Part shown: positions 9,823 through 18,674 of the stretch, piece by piece
Position numbering within the stretch: the first letter of the stretch is position 1
Layout of the letters: every line of letters starts with the position of its first letter
Source of the DNA: an uncultured Akkermansia sp.
GTDB lineage: Bacteria; Verrucomicrobiota; Verrucomicrobiia; Verrucomicrobiales; Akkermansiaceae
Direction: 5' to 3'
DNA length: 64,000 nt
Assembly: GCA_947626545.1 (NCBI GenBank)
Contig: CANQSS010000005.1
Location: 6,706-70,705 of the forward strand
The notes under the pieces: model-generated
What the model was told of the DNA's origin: nothing
The model's input: only the letters and a program-made list of their open reading frames with translations
The model's database searches: none
Made by a program: the position numbers and the translations under genes

Positions 9823-9933
9823 AGGGAAAGCCCATGCAATTCATTTACGATTTTTAGAAAAATGGGTCTCATTCTTTCTTGAGACGGATGCGGTCACGCC
9901 CTGAAAAAGATCTCCTCAATCAAGTGGGGCAAT

Positions 9934-10278
9934 CCACACGTGTCCCAATAAAATCTTCTCAGGGCTCATTCAACCCATTTCCCATGCGTTACATGGGAGA
10001 AATACGGTGAAAAAGAAATCTGCAAGCTAGCATCGCATATTCACGAATCATTCTAACTGACAACACGCAATGTTTTGAAAGTTTTTCTGCGCTCCTGCTC
10101 CGCATCCCCGCATCTTTCTAACTATGCCCGTATACAGCTTCGTCACATTTCGCTCGCATTTGCTCCGCCGAGTTCGTGCGCAAGCGCGGGAATTTCTCAA
10201 ATCGTAAATCGTAAATCGTAAATCGTAAATGAATTGCGTGTTGGGATCGCTTTTTTCTTGGGACGGATATGGGGGCAA
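9934..10278 (-). repeat. Composite intergenic repeat (module 3 plus heptamers), copy 2, inverted relative to 3709..4070
   Basis: Its reverse complement aligns along its whole length with 3709..4070, apart from one ~35-bp indel. Contains (ATCGTAA)x4 at 10199..10229. Confidence 0.75.
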
Positions 10279-11259
10279 TCAGTCTTTAGGCAGGAAATAG
10301 CCGCGCTGCTTGGCAGAGATGGGAAGGTGGGCGAGTTCCATGACGCGCAGCATTTCTTCCCATAGTTTGCGGCGCTCGGCAAGAATCGATGTTCGCAACA
10401 AGTAACTGGGGTGATGCGTCACAACAACTGACGCACCGCAATAGGAACATCCTTTCATCTGTTGGTATGCGGAGAGGGGCAATTCTCCCTGACCGATAAT
10501 GCCGCGAGCTGCCACCACGCCAAGCGCCACGATCACTTTTGGACGCACGTAGCGTACCTCAAACTCAAGCACCGGCATAGAAAGTCGGATTTCCTCCATG
10601 TCCGGCGCACGGTTATTAGTGGTTTGGCGCGCCATTTTGGGTCGGTATTTCACCAGATGCGTGATGTAAACATCTTTGCGGGTAAGCCCCATGGCGCGCA
10701 GCATCTCATCCAGCTTCGTACCGGCCTCTCCGCAAAAGGGGCGACCTTCCCGCTCATCGTAATAGTTGGGCGCATCACCCACAAAGATGATATCTGCGTC
10801 CGGCGAACCCTCACCCCACACCATCTTATCGCGCAGTGTGCCTAGCTCGCGCAATGGTTCCCAGCGGGCGAGCAGACTTTTTGCCTGTTCCCAAATTTCT
10901 TCCCGCGTTCTACCGGCGGGACGGAAAAAGACGGGATCCTTCGTCACAGGCTCCGTAGGCGCTTCCGGCGCCTCCTCCATCATCGCGCGCAAGGAAACGC
11001 CGGTCTCATTCGCCCTGCTTGGAGCAGACTCCTCGGGCGTCGTCGCCTGTGCATCAGGGCGGGGGGAATCAAGACCATCTCCAAGCTTGCCCGCAACACC
11101 GCCGCGGCGCGCCGCCAGCATCCACTCACGCAAAATAGGTCGCACCTCTTCCTGTAAGGCCAATCGCTTCTCGCCGCTTGCCATCAGGCTTTCAAGGTAT
11201 GACCTCACGAGACGACGCAAATCCATTTGTCCTGCATTGCTGGCCGCGGTCTGTTCCAC
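10279..11259 (-). CDS. Uracil-DNA glycosylase superfamily protein (family-4-like) with a ~140-aa N-terminal extension
   Basis: C-terminal half has IIFVGDAPNYYDEREGRPFCGEAGTKLDEML (motif A region) and VVVTHHPSYLLRT (motif B). Confidence 0.8.
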   Translation of the reverse strand: MEQTAASNAGQMDLRRLVRSYLESLMASGEKRLALQEEVRPILREWMLAARRGGVAGKLGDGLDSPRPDAQATTPEESAPSRANETGVSLRAMMEEAPEAPTEPVTKDPVFFRPAGRTREEIWEQAKSLLARWEPLRELGTLRDKMVWGEGSPDADIIFVGDAPNYYDEREGRPFCGEAGTKLDEMLRAMGLTRKDVYITHLVKYRPKMARQTTNNRAPDMEEIRLSMPVLEFEVRYVRPKVIVALGVVAARGIIGQGELPLSAYQQMKGCSYCGASVVVTHHPSYLLRTSILAERRKLWEEMLRVMELAHLPISAKQRGYFLPKD

Positions 11260-11300
11260 GCGATTATCCTAGCCTGCACCGCGTGATTTGTCAAGCGGCT

Positions 11301-11987
11301 TCACAAACCGAGTAAACAACGCAACACAAAGCTCAAACCGTGCTCCCGTCTGCGTCCCGTGTCTATCACCTCAGCGTGCGGCAGAACGTGAATAAGACGG
11401 GCAGAGGGATTCACCAACACGGCGCGCTCACAGATGGAGAGCATAGGAAGATCCGCCGTGCTGTCTGTGTAGCCCACCTGCGCACGAGTAATGCCGCAGG
11501 CAGCCAACCGCTCCACTTTAGCATTCCCGCGATTGTTGCCGGGAGGCGGAATGCACGGCATAAAAGGCACGCGATTTCCCAATAACTGCACCGGTGTGGC
11601 AATAGTGCGCGTAAACCCCATTTGCTTCCCCAACATATCCGTCCACCACTCGGGAGAAGCGGAACAGAGCACGGTTTCATCCCCGGCAGCTTGGTGTTGC
11701 TCCAACCGCTCGCGCAGGGGGGCATATACCGCCGGCAGAAGCTCCTGCCGCACAAAGGCGGAGCACTCGCACATCAACTCCTCGCGCCGCATTCTCCACG
11801 CGTAGCAGAGGAAAAGTCGCTTCATGCCCTGCGTACTCAGCAGTCCAAGCGCGCGCAGCAACAATCCCGGCGCCACCAACAGCAAATAGAGCCGCCGCCA
11901 ACCATGACGCCTCAACACCCAACGCACAAAACGCAGCTGAGAATCCCCCGCAAACAGCGTGCCGTCCATGTCGAAAATAGCCGTCAT
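11301..11987 (-). CDS. HAD-IB family hydrolase (phosphoserine-phosphatase-like)
   Basis: ORF trimmed to ATG 11987, which overlaps the rhomboid stop as ATGA. Motifs IFDMDGTL (DxDxT), CSASPEWW, and KVERL...GYTDSTADLPML. Confidence 0.8.
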   Translation of the reverse strand: MTAIFDMDGTLFAGDSQLRFVRWVLRRHGWRRLYLLLVAPGLLLRALGLLSTQGMKRLFLCYAWRMRREELMCECSAFVRQELLPAVYAPLRERLEQHQAAGDETVLCSASPEWWTDMLGKQMGFTRTIATPVQLLGNRVPFMPCIPPPGNNRGNAKVERLAACGITRAQVGYTDSTADLPMLSICERAVLVNPSARLIHVLPHAEVIDTGRRREHGLSFVLRCLLGL

Positions 11988-12733
11988 CCTTCTCCTCTTT
12001 TGAGAGCACGGTGGCGCCATATCCCCATGACAATAGCCGACAAAATGATGCCGCCGAGGTGACCGGCCTCACCGCCGGCATTGCTGCCATTGAAAGTGAC
12101 GGTCAGGAAGGCGATACCCAGTACCATGAGCGCGAAAGTGCGCATTGTCATGGCGATGGGAGGGAAAATGAGCTGCACCATGCTGCGCGGATGCAGAAAA
12201 GCCACCGCGACCAGCACACCGTAAATGCTCGCGCTCGCGCCCACCATAGGGATGAGTTTCCAAAAATCTTGCGGACTCAGTCCCGCATAATTCAGCAAGT
12301 CACCCAGCGGTGTGTATTGCGCCATAAGAGACACATCCGGCACATCCAGTATCCCTGTGGTGAAAAGCAGCGAACTGAACAGCGCTCCCGCTACCCCGCA
12401 CGACAGGTAGAAGATCAGATACCGGCGAGCTCCCATAAAATACTCCACCGCATACCCGAAAAAGTAGAGAGCCCACATATTGAAGACAAGGTGCCATATA
12501 TTCGCATGCAAAAATTGGTATGTGAGAAGCCGCCACACCTGCCCTTCTCCGAAACACGTGAACCACGAATATGCACCGCGCACAAAAAGCACGGGCTGCG
12601 ACTCCGGGGACATTGCATTGGGTATGCCGTAAAGCGCCGGCACCTCCACCATGTTGTCAATCAGGAAAACAATAATGTTGGAAATGATGAGCGCAGTGGT
12701 GATACTCATACCGTCTCGATTTGTGTAAGACAT
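11984..12733 (-). CDS. Rhomboid family intramembrane serine protease
   Basis: 249 aa and polytopic. Motifs FLHANIWHLVFNMWALYFFG and GASASIYGVL (catalytic Ser). Confidence 0.9.
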   Translation of the reverse strand: MSYTNRDGMSITTALIISNIIVFLIDNMVEVPALYGIPNAMSPESQPVLFVRGAYSWFTCFGEGQVWRLLTYQFLHANIWHLVFNMWALYFFGYAVEYFMGARRYLIFYLSCGVAGALFSSLLFTTGILDVPDVSLMAQYTPLGDLLNYAGLSPQDFWKLIPMVGASASIYGVLVAVAFLHPRSMVQLIFPPIAMTMRTFALMVLGIAFLTVTFNGSNAGGEAGHLGGIILSAIVMGIWRHRALKRGEG

Positions 12734-12764
12734 AATGGTGGGATAACTTCGGTTGGCAAATTGT

Positions 12765-13157
12765 TCAGGAATCGCCCTGTGCAGGTAGGCGCTTACTGAG
12801 CTGCTGGATTTCCTCCATGGTGAGAATATGCTCGATGAGACACGCCGTCTCGTTAGCGCGCTCGGTGCTCAGCCCCGCTACCTCGCGCATGAAACGACGC
12901 AGAATGCTGTGCGCGCTGATCACTCGGTCGGCGTACTGTTGGCCACGCGCGGTGAGTTCAATAGGAGAATACTGCTGATAGCTCACGTAGCCCAGCTCAG
13001 CCAAGCGACGCACGGCAACAGTAACACTGGGCTTTTTGACGTGCAGACGCTGGGCAATATCATTGACGCGCGCCACGCCCGTCTCGCGACAAAGGTGGCC
13101 AATGCACTCCAGATAATCTTCTGCGCTCCGGGAGAGGCGTGTTTCATCCTGTTTCAT
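12765..13157 (-). CDS. DtxR/MntR family metal-dependent transcriptional regulator
   Basis: Trimmed to ATG 13157, which overlaps the upstream stop as ATGA. Has AEDYLECIGHL, a wHTH (VNDIAQRLHVKKPSVTVAVRRLAELGYV), and RVISAHSILRRFM. Confidence 0.85.
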   Translation of the reverse strand: MKQDETRLSRSAEDYLECIGHLCRETGVARVNDIAQRLHVKKPSVTVAVRRLAELGYVSYQQYSPIELTARGQQYADRVISAHSILRRFMREVAGLSTERANETACLIEHILTMEEIQQLSKRLPAQGDS

Positions 13158-14380
13158 AGGTGTCGATCGAGCGTGGTTACGCACTCCAAGTGCTTAGTCT
13201 GGGGAAAGAGGTCAAACGGCTGCACCTCCGCAACCTCATAACCTGCCTCGCGAAAAGAAATGAGATCCCGCACCTGTGTAGCAGGGTTGCAGGATACATA
13301 CACTACCCGCCCCGGTCCATAAGCGAAGAGCTGATCCAGGAACAGTTTATCGCACCCCTTGCGCGGCGGGTCAATCACCACTACAGTCTCCTGAGCAGGG
13401 AAAGTGATCTGTGCAAAAATCGTCTCGGCGCTCGCCGCGAGGAACTCAGCATGTGAGATGGCGTTACCGGCAGCGTTGGCGCGCGCCCAGTCAGCGCTGC
13501 TCTCGCTCACCTCGACTCCTGCCACGCGCTCAAAATGCCCGGCAAGCGTGATCGCGAAAAGTCCACTGCCGCAGTAGGCATCCACCAAAAAGCGAGCCCC
13601 CTTGCCGCTTGCTTGTTTGGCTACATAGCTGGTAAAAGCGGGCAAGATGTAGGGATTATTTTGGAAAAAATCGCCTGCCAAAAAATTGAACGTTATCTCT
13701 CCGACGCGCTCTGTGCATACCGCGCGAGGGTTGGTAAGCACGGCGCCCTCGCTCACGCGCATCAGCAACGTGGCCCCGCGCTTGTACTGCGCAGCAGATG
13801 CCTGAACCTGCCGGCGCAGCTGCGGCAATGCTTCATTGATGACCGCCATGGCGATAGGACACTGAGCAATGTCGCACACTTCGCTGCGACTTCCGGCGCG
13901 CAGAAAGCCGATGTTGCCCATCTTCTGTCCCTTTGGCTTGTGAAAATGCGGGGTGATCTTGGAACGATAACCATACAGCTGCGCCGAAGCAATGGGCGGA
14001 AGCACCGGGATCTCAATGCCTGCACGCAAGCGCATCAGATCTGCCACCTGACGACGCTTCCATTCCAACTGCTTCTCGTAGCGCAGGTTTTGGTACTGGC
14101 AACCGCCGCAGACGCCGAACATCGGGCACTGGGGCGCTACACGGTCGGGCGAGGCCTGCAGCACTTCCACCAAATCCGCGCGTGAGCAGTTGGGTTCGTT
14201 ACGAAATACGCGCACGCGCACCCTCTCACCGGGCAAGGCAAAGGGCACAAACACCACCCATCCATCCACGCGTCCTACACCGTCACCCTCATTGCTCAAC
14301 GCATCAATGTTCAGCTCCACCTCTTGATGGTAGGCGAAAGGCTGCGGTACAAAGCCACGCGGTGGTGTATCCATGCGCAT
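13154..14380 (-). CDS. TrmA/RlmD (RumA) family RNA (uracil-C5)-methyltransferase
   Basis: 408 aa. TRAM domain (GDGVGRVDGWVVFVPFALPGERVRVRV), Fe-S Cys cluster (CGGCQYQ), SAM fold (VDAYCGSGLFA), and VVIDPPRKGC. Confidence 0.9.
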   Translation of the reverse strand: MRMDTPPRGFVPQPFAYHQEVELNIDALSNEGDGVGRVDGWVVFVPFALPGERVRVRVFRNEPNCSRADLVEVLQASPDRVAPQCPMFGVCGGCQYQNLRYEKQLEWKRRQVADLMRLRAGIEIPVLPPIASAQLYGYRSKITPHFHKPKGQKMGNIGFLRAGSRSEVCDIAQCPIAMAVINEALPQLRRQVQASAAQYKRGATLLMRVSEGAVLTNPRAVCTERVGEITFNFLAGDFFQNNPYILPAFTSYVAKQASGKGARFLVDAYCGSGLFAITLAGHFERVAGVEVSESSADWARANAAGNAISHAEFLAASAETIFAQITFPAQETVVVIDPPRKGCDKLFLDQLFAYGPGRVVYVSCNPATQVRDLISFREAGYEVAEVQPFDLFPQTKHLECVTTLDRHL

Positions 14381-14742
14381 TACAGTCCGGGGTTTAACTT
14401 TCCATCGATGTCCATGGGCAGAAGCTTGGGCAAAGCTGGTGAGCGCAAACCGCGCTGCTGCGCCGGATCCGGCAACATTTCATCATCCTCGTCCTCATCC
14501 ACAGATCTGTCGGTCTTTGGCCGAAAGTCTCCAACAATCGGCGGCTCTTCCTCCGGCTTCTCTTCTGCCTCTTGCGTCTTTTCCCGGAGTAGCTGCATAG
14601 CGGCTTCCTGCTGTGCCGGCGTCGGCTCCACCTGCTCTGTACTCGCGGGTGCAGTTAACGTCGACTTCGTATGCGCCGGCCATGAGCACGAGCCCAGAAG
14701 AGCCATCCCTACTAACACCGCTGTCGTCGCCATCCCCTTCAT
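14380..14742 (-). CDS. Small acidic lipoprotein, function unknown
   Basis: 120 aa. Signal peptide plus lipobox (ALLGSC). The stop overlaps the methyltransferase ATG (TAATG), suggesting translational coupling. Confidence 0.5.
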   Translation of the reverse strand: MKGMATTAVLVGMALLGSCSWPAHTKSTLTAPASTEQVEPTPAQQEAAMQLLREKTQEAEEKPEEEPPIVGDFRPKTDRSVDEDEDDEMLPDPAQQRGLRSPALPKLLPMDIDGKLNPGL

Positions 14743-14797
14743 GTCAGCATCCTACCACGCAGGCCTTTCTCTGGCAAGTCAGAAATCCTTCCTCATA

Positions 14798-15146
14798 GGG
14801 CAAACGCATTTGAGAAAAGTTCATCAACGGAGGAAGTGCTCTTATTGGCTGATATCACTGTCCATACGTATCAAGAATCATGACAACAAGCACTCATCAT
14901 GCTGATGGTTTTAAAGAAGCCCCTGCATACGTTGACGGTTCAAAAATTCTGTGCAATGCACACATTATTAATAAATCGTACATCGTAAATCGAAAGTTGA
15001 CTCACCGCCGCCCCATCGGCGGTTCGCCCTTTGGGCAGCGCCTTCGCGCTGTCCATACGCACTTACCGCCCGCTAACGCGTGCGCCCTCATCGGGGCCGT
15101 CGTGCGTGTTGTACATAGGCAACCGCATTTTCTAATGCGTTTGCCC
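14798..15146 (+). mobile_element. Family-1 MITE, full copy carrying a nested family-2 fragment
   Basis: Ends are GGGCAAACGCATT... and ...GGCAACCGCATTTTCTAATGCGTTTGCCC. Relative to 911..1141 it has a 119-bp insertion at 14994..15112, inside its heptamer stretch. That insertion is the reverse complement of parts of 42061..42239. Confidence 0.75.
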
Positions 15147-15175
15147 TGTCCTTCCTCACAGGTAAACGCCACATT

Positions 15176-15640
15176 CATCCCAAGAAAAAGCGATCCCAAC
15201 ACGCAGTTATCGGTGTGCAATGTAGAATAATGTGTTCATAATTTACGATTTACAACACGCACGACGGCCCTAGGCAGCCGCGAAGCGACTGCCTATGTAC
15301 GATGTTGGATGTACGATGTACGATTGCATATAATGCGCAGCCGAGCTGCGGGTGGCGAGTAGACAGCGCGGATGCGCTGCCCGAAGGGTGAAAACTGCCG
15401 ACGGCGTAAGGAAGTTTGGCCAAAAGCGCAGCTTTTGCCCCGTAGGGGTGAGGAGTCGTGGGGCGACTCCAAAGCAACCACGGCAGGGTGGTGCCGGTGA
15501 GTCAACTTGCAAGGCTTGCGCGCGTTGCGTGGGAAAACCTCTGGCGTGATGCCGTGCCGAGTTCACGGCCTTGCTCAATCATCAATGGTTTGAGCTTCTC
15601 GCTGGCTTACCTCCCTCATCCATGGGAAACGCATGAGTGT
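15176..15640 (+). repeat. Composite intergenic repeat block (CCCAAGAAAAAGCGATCCCAACACGCA module, heptamers, family-2 element 15252..15508, module-3 tail)
   Basis: 15176..15250 matches 3720..3790. 15252..15508 matches 42061..42239, with an extra internal ~70-bp insert containing ATGTACG heptamers. 15509..15635 matches 43700..43790 and 5250..5345. Confidence 0.7.
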
Positions 15641-15762
15641 GGATCGCAAAAATTAAATGCAACAGGTTCTTGGCACAAATAAGGGTACCAAGAAGTTCAA
15701 AGCATGCTAGAGTCATTTCTCTAAAACAAGCCAAGACACGCAAACGAATTATTCAACATTGT

Positions 15763-16725
15763 TCAATGCGCTTGCCGTGGGAATGCGGGAAGCTTTTCCA
15801 GCTGCCGCAGTTGGACAATTTGCTTCTTCTTTGCCTTGTAGGCGCGGCGGAGTTTGCCAAAGGTTATTTTGCTCATGAGGCGATAGAAGAGCAACTTACC
15901 GAGAGTGGGCTCGATAACTTCGTCGGAAAGGAGATACGACCCATTGAGTTCAAGGATTTTTGCTTTGTCTCTCTCTTGAATATGGAACAAGTAGAGTGTC
16001 AGGCAAAACTCTCCCAAATACCCCAGGAAACGCTTCGCGGCTGGTTTTAGCTGTGTGCTGTCCACCTGCCTGTCCACTTCGGCAAGAATGCGGAAGCAGA
16101 ACTCGCTGTACTCGAAAAAGAGCTCTCGCCGCATGATAAACATGTTGCACAAGTACTGCACACTGCCCTGCTCCAGTTTATCCGCCGCTGCCGCGTAGTC
16201 CGGGTAGAGCCGTCGCACGGCCTCCAACAGCAGGTCAAACCATTCCCCCTGCTGCCCCCGCAAGCACGTGTACTGCTCCCGTACGCTTGCCTTACCCAGT
16301 TTCTGCACATCATATGGCTTGAGTACCACGCAATCCTGTCCCACCACGCGTTGCATGATAAGCTCATCACGAACATACTGCATATACGCCGGCGTAACGC
16401 AGGGGGCGAAATAAACGTGTCCTCCCGGAAGCCAGACAGCTTCCGGGTTCCCCGCCCAATCATCAAACACGAAATGGCGGCGGTAATGCATGAATCCCAC
16501 GTACTCCGGGTTTCCTGCAGCCTCGTAATTTTTCCACACCCAATACTGTGCCGTCAGCTCACAGTACTTGTCATTCTCCGCAGAAATATTCTCCCCCTCA
16601 TCATCCCGCAGCATCCCTTCATACAGTTCCTCCGCCCCTGCACACCCCGTCTGTATAGGCGTCAGAATCTCACTTCTCACCAGTTTGTGGCGGTCGTGGT
16701 AGCTTAGATAAATTTTGATGTTCAT
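15763..16725 (-). CDS. DUF4422-domain glycosyltransferase
   Basis: 320 aa. IYLSYHDRHKLVRSEILTPIQTGCA...NISAENDKYCELTAQYWVWKNY...YVGFMHYRRHFVF. Same domain as the N-terminus of 34095..36197. Confidence 0.85.
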   Translation of the reverse strand: MNIKIYLSYHDRHKLVRSEILTPIQTGCAGAEELYEGMLRDDEGENISAENDKYCELTAQYWVWKNYEAAGNPEYVGFMHYRRHFVFDDWAGNPEAVWLPGGHVYFAPCVTPAYMQYVRDELIMQRVVGQDCVVLKPYDVQKLGKASVREQYTCLRGQQGEWFDLLLEAVRRLYPDYAAAADKLEQGSVQYLCNMFIMRRELFFEYSEFCFRILAEVDRQVDSTQLKPAAKRFLGYLGEFCLTLYLFHIQERDKAKILELNGSYLLSDEVIEPTLGKLLFYRLMSKITFGKLRRAYKAKKKQIVQLRQLEKLPAFPRQAH

Positions 16726-16898
16726 CGGATTTGTTGGTGCTCAGCTCACAACTCTCTCTGCTTGTTGATCGAATTCTGAAGGGGCTTCATCATTTCGAAT
16801 ACAAAACGATCCCGGAGGAACGAACCGCCTTCCTCCGTTCACGCTATGGCACCCCTCCAAAAAAGTCAAGCAAATTGTGGAATAGCTTTCGATTATGT

Positions 16899-17143
16899 GG
16901 ATTGCAAGATTCAACGCAACAGTGCGATAACATAAAGGAGAGAGCCCGGTTAGCTTGGGAAACACGAGTCCCTCTTTCCGTTGGGAGACGGATTCTGTCT
17001 GAGTTATGGTTGGTCGGGCAGAGCTGTTCCCAGCTCGGTCAGAGCCCTTCCAAATAGGTCAGCCCCTGTTTCCCTGCTCGAGGATCTTCTTGTCTATTTC
17101 TCTGCGCAGGATGGTGCGGATGTTGGTGTAGAGGATGTGCTCG
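16899..17143 (+). repeat. 245-bp direct repeat, copy A (flanks the Abi pseudogene)
   Basis: Near-identical to 18396..18640. Weaker similarity extends leftwards to about 16779 (versus about 18213). The minus strand carries a 3' ORF fragment ...GRLYYEHILYTNIRTILRREIDKKILEQGNRG*, followed by GC-rich hairpins (GAGCTG-GGAA-CAGCTC). Confidence 0.8.
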
Positions 17144-17222
17144 TAGTAGAGCCGTCCCACCAATCAAATGCAGTTTCACTTTTGATTCGCTCTATCCCAG
17201 CACCCTCCTATGCCGGAAATCT

Positions 17223-18233
17223 TCACCGCCATATTTTATCACTGGACCATTGCGCATTTGTGAATCCTAAATGTTTGTACAATTCAGGGATGGTGGGTTC
17301 AGTACTTGATAGAAAATCCTTACACCTATCCCGCCATTTGCTCTTTGGGGCTATCTTCCCCAAGATGATCGCACAAATACATAAAGCTGCGGCTGTCTTA
17401 TCGAGTTCTGCCGTACGAGAGATCAGTCCTCTGTCCTGCCGCAGTATGGGAGTCTTCTTCTTACTGAGCCATGTTTTATCCCATATTCTTGACTGATGTG
17501 CGCAAGAATTTCGCACATCCTTCAAAAAGGCTATCGCTGACAGAAAGAAAGAGGCATATGGGATTCCCATCTCCCCTGCAATCTTTTTTACTATCTTGTC
17601 GGGGAGGCAGATTCTAAGCAGAGTGTGTATATTTCCCAAGGTGGCAAACTCGACGTAAGCCCGGGGCAAACGCATTGAAAATGCGTTTGCCATGTACGAT
17701 GTACGATTTTCGATGTACGATTTATTAATAATGTGCGCGTTGCGCAGATTTTTCGGATCATTAATGTATGCTGAGATCCCTTTAAAACCATCATCATGAT
17801 GACCGCTGGTTGTCATGATTTTTGATGTATATAAACAGTTATATCAGTCAACAAGAGCATTTCCTCTGTTTATTGATTTCTCTCAAATGCAGTTGCCCCG
17901 ATTATAGGCCACCTGAGTACGTAATGCTATTTCAATTCGGGAAATAGCATCGAACAGCAAATTCCTAAGTCTTCTATCGAACATATACCTTGCCATCACA
18001 TCCTCCCAACGCACGCCAGCTTGGAAAAAGAGTTCTTTCCCTTTTTCTCCTTTTCTAGTTTCTATAAACGGGTGCCAGTAGGCAGACAAACGATAGTAGT
18101 TTATGTATCGAAGCCTCTGTTTTATTTCTTCTCGCAGCTCTCTTTCATCCAGTTCACGACTCTGCATTTCTCTACCGAGGATGATATCCACTTGGTCGTC
18201 GAAATTTTTGAAGGGCTTCGTCATATCGAACAT
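17223..18233 (-). pseudogene. Abi_2 (AbiD/AbiF-like) abortive-infection gene, split by a MITE insertion
   Basis: N-terminal ORF 17883..18293 (MTKPFKNFDDQVDIILGR...YINYYRLSAYWHPF...) and C-terminal ORF 17223..17816 (...VRNSCAHQSRIWDKTW...) together form an Abi_2-like protein. The first ORF terminates inside the inserted repeat (...AYNRGNCI*). Confidence 0.8.
17663..17899 (-). mobile_element. Family-1 MITE, full copy inserted in the Abi_2 gene
   Basis: 237 bp. The ends GGGGCAAACGCATT (17663..17676) and AATGCAGTTGCCCC (17886..17899) are inverted repeats. The interior aligns to the reverse complement of 911..1141. Confidence 0.8.
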
Positions 18234-18395
18234 AGAGAGACCCCGGAGGGACGAACCGCAGCCGGGGTCAAGTTTGCGGGTTGTACACTGCACTTGCAGC
18301 GTCCACGGGTCAACCGCAGAACCGCCTTTCTGGGTTCAGACTACACTACACCTCAGTGAAAGTCAAGAAATTTTACAAAAATATTTTGATTTTGA

Positions 18396-18640
18396 GGATT
18401 GCAAGATTCAACGCAACAGTGCGATAACATAAAGGAGAGAGCCCGGTTAGCTTGGAAAACACGAGTTCCTCTTTCCGTTGGGGAATGGATTCTGTCTGAG
18501 TTATGGTTGGTCGGGCAGAGCTGTTCCCAGCTCGGTCAGGGCCCTTCCAAATAGGTCAGCCTCTGTTTCCCTGTTCGAGGATCTTCTTGCCTATTTCTCC
18601 GCGCAGGACGGTGCAGATGCTGGTGTAGAGGATGTGCTCG
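18396..18640 (+). repeat. 245-bp direct repeat, copy B
   Basis: See copy A (16899..17143). It ends exactly where the composition switches to AT-rich DNA. Confidence 0.8.
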
Positions 18641-18674
18641 GGCTACATTACATTAGAACACAAAGGAGCATGCT

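Noticed and set aside
10199-10229. Tandem heptamer arrays as a possible CRISPR array or microsatellite-encoded peptide
   Set aside because: The units are 7 bp with no spacers, only 2-4 units long, and scattered. This is not CRISPR architecture, and no cas genes are in the window.
16899-17143. 245-bp direct repeat as a group II intron end or retron ncRNA
   Set aside because: It contains GTGCGA and several hairpins. However, I found no reverse-transcriptase ORF nearby, no recognisable domain V hairpin, and the embedded ORF fragment is on the opposite strand. Kept only as an unexplained repeat.
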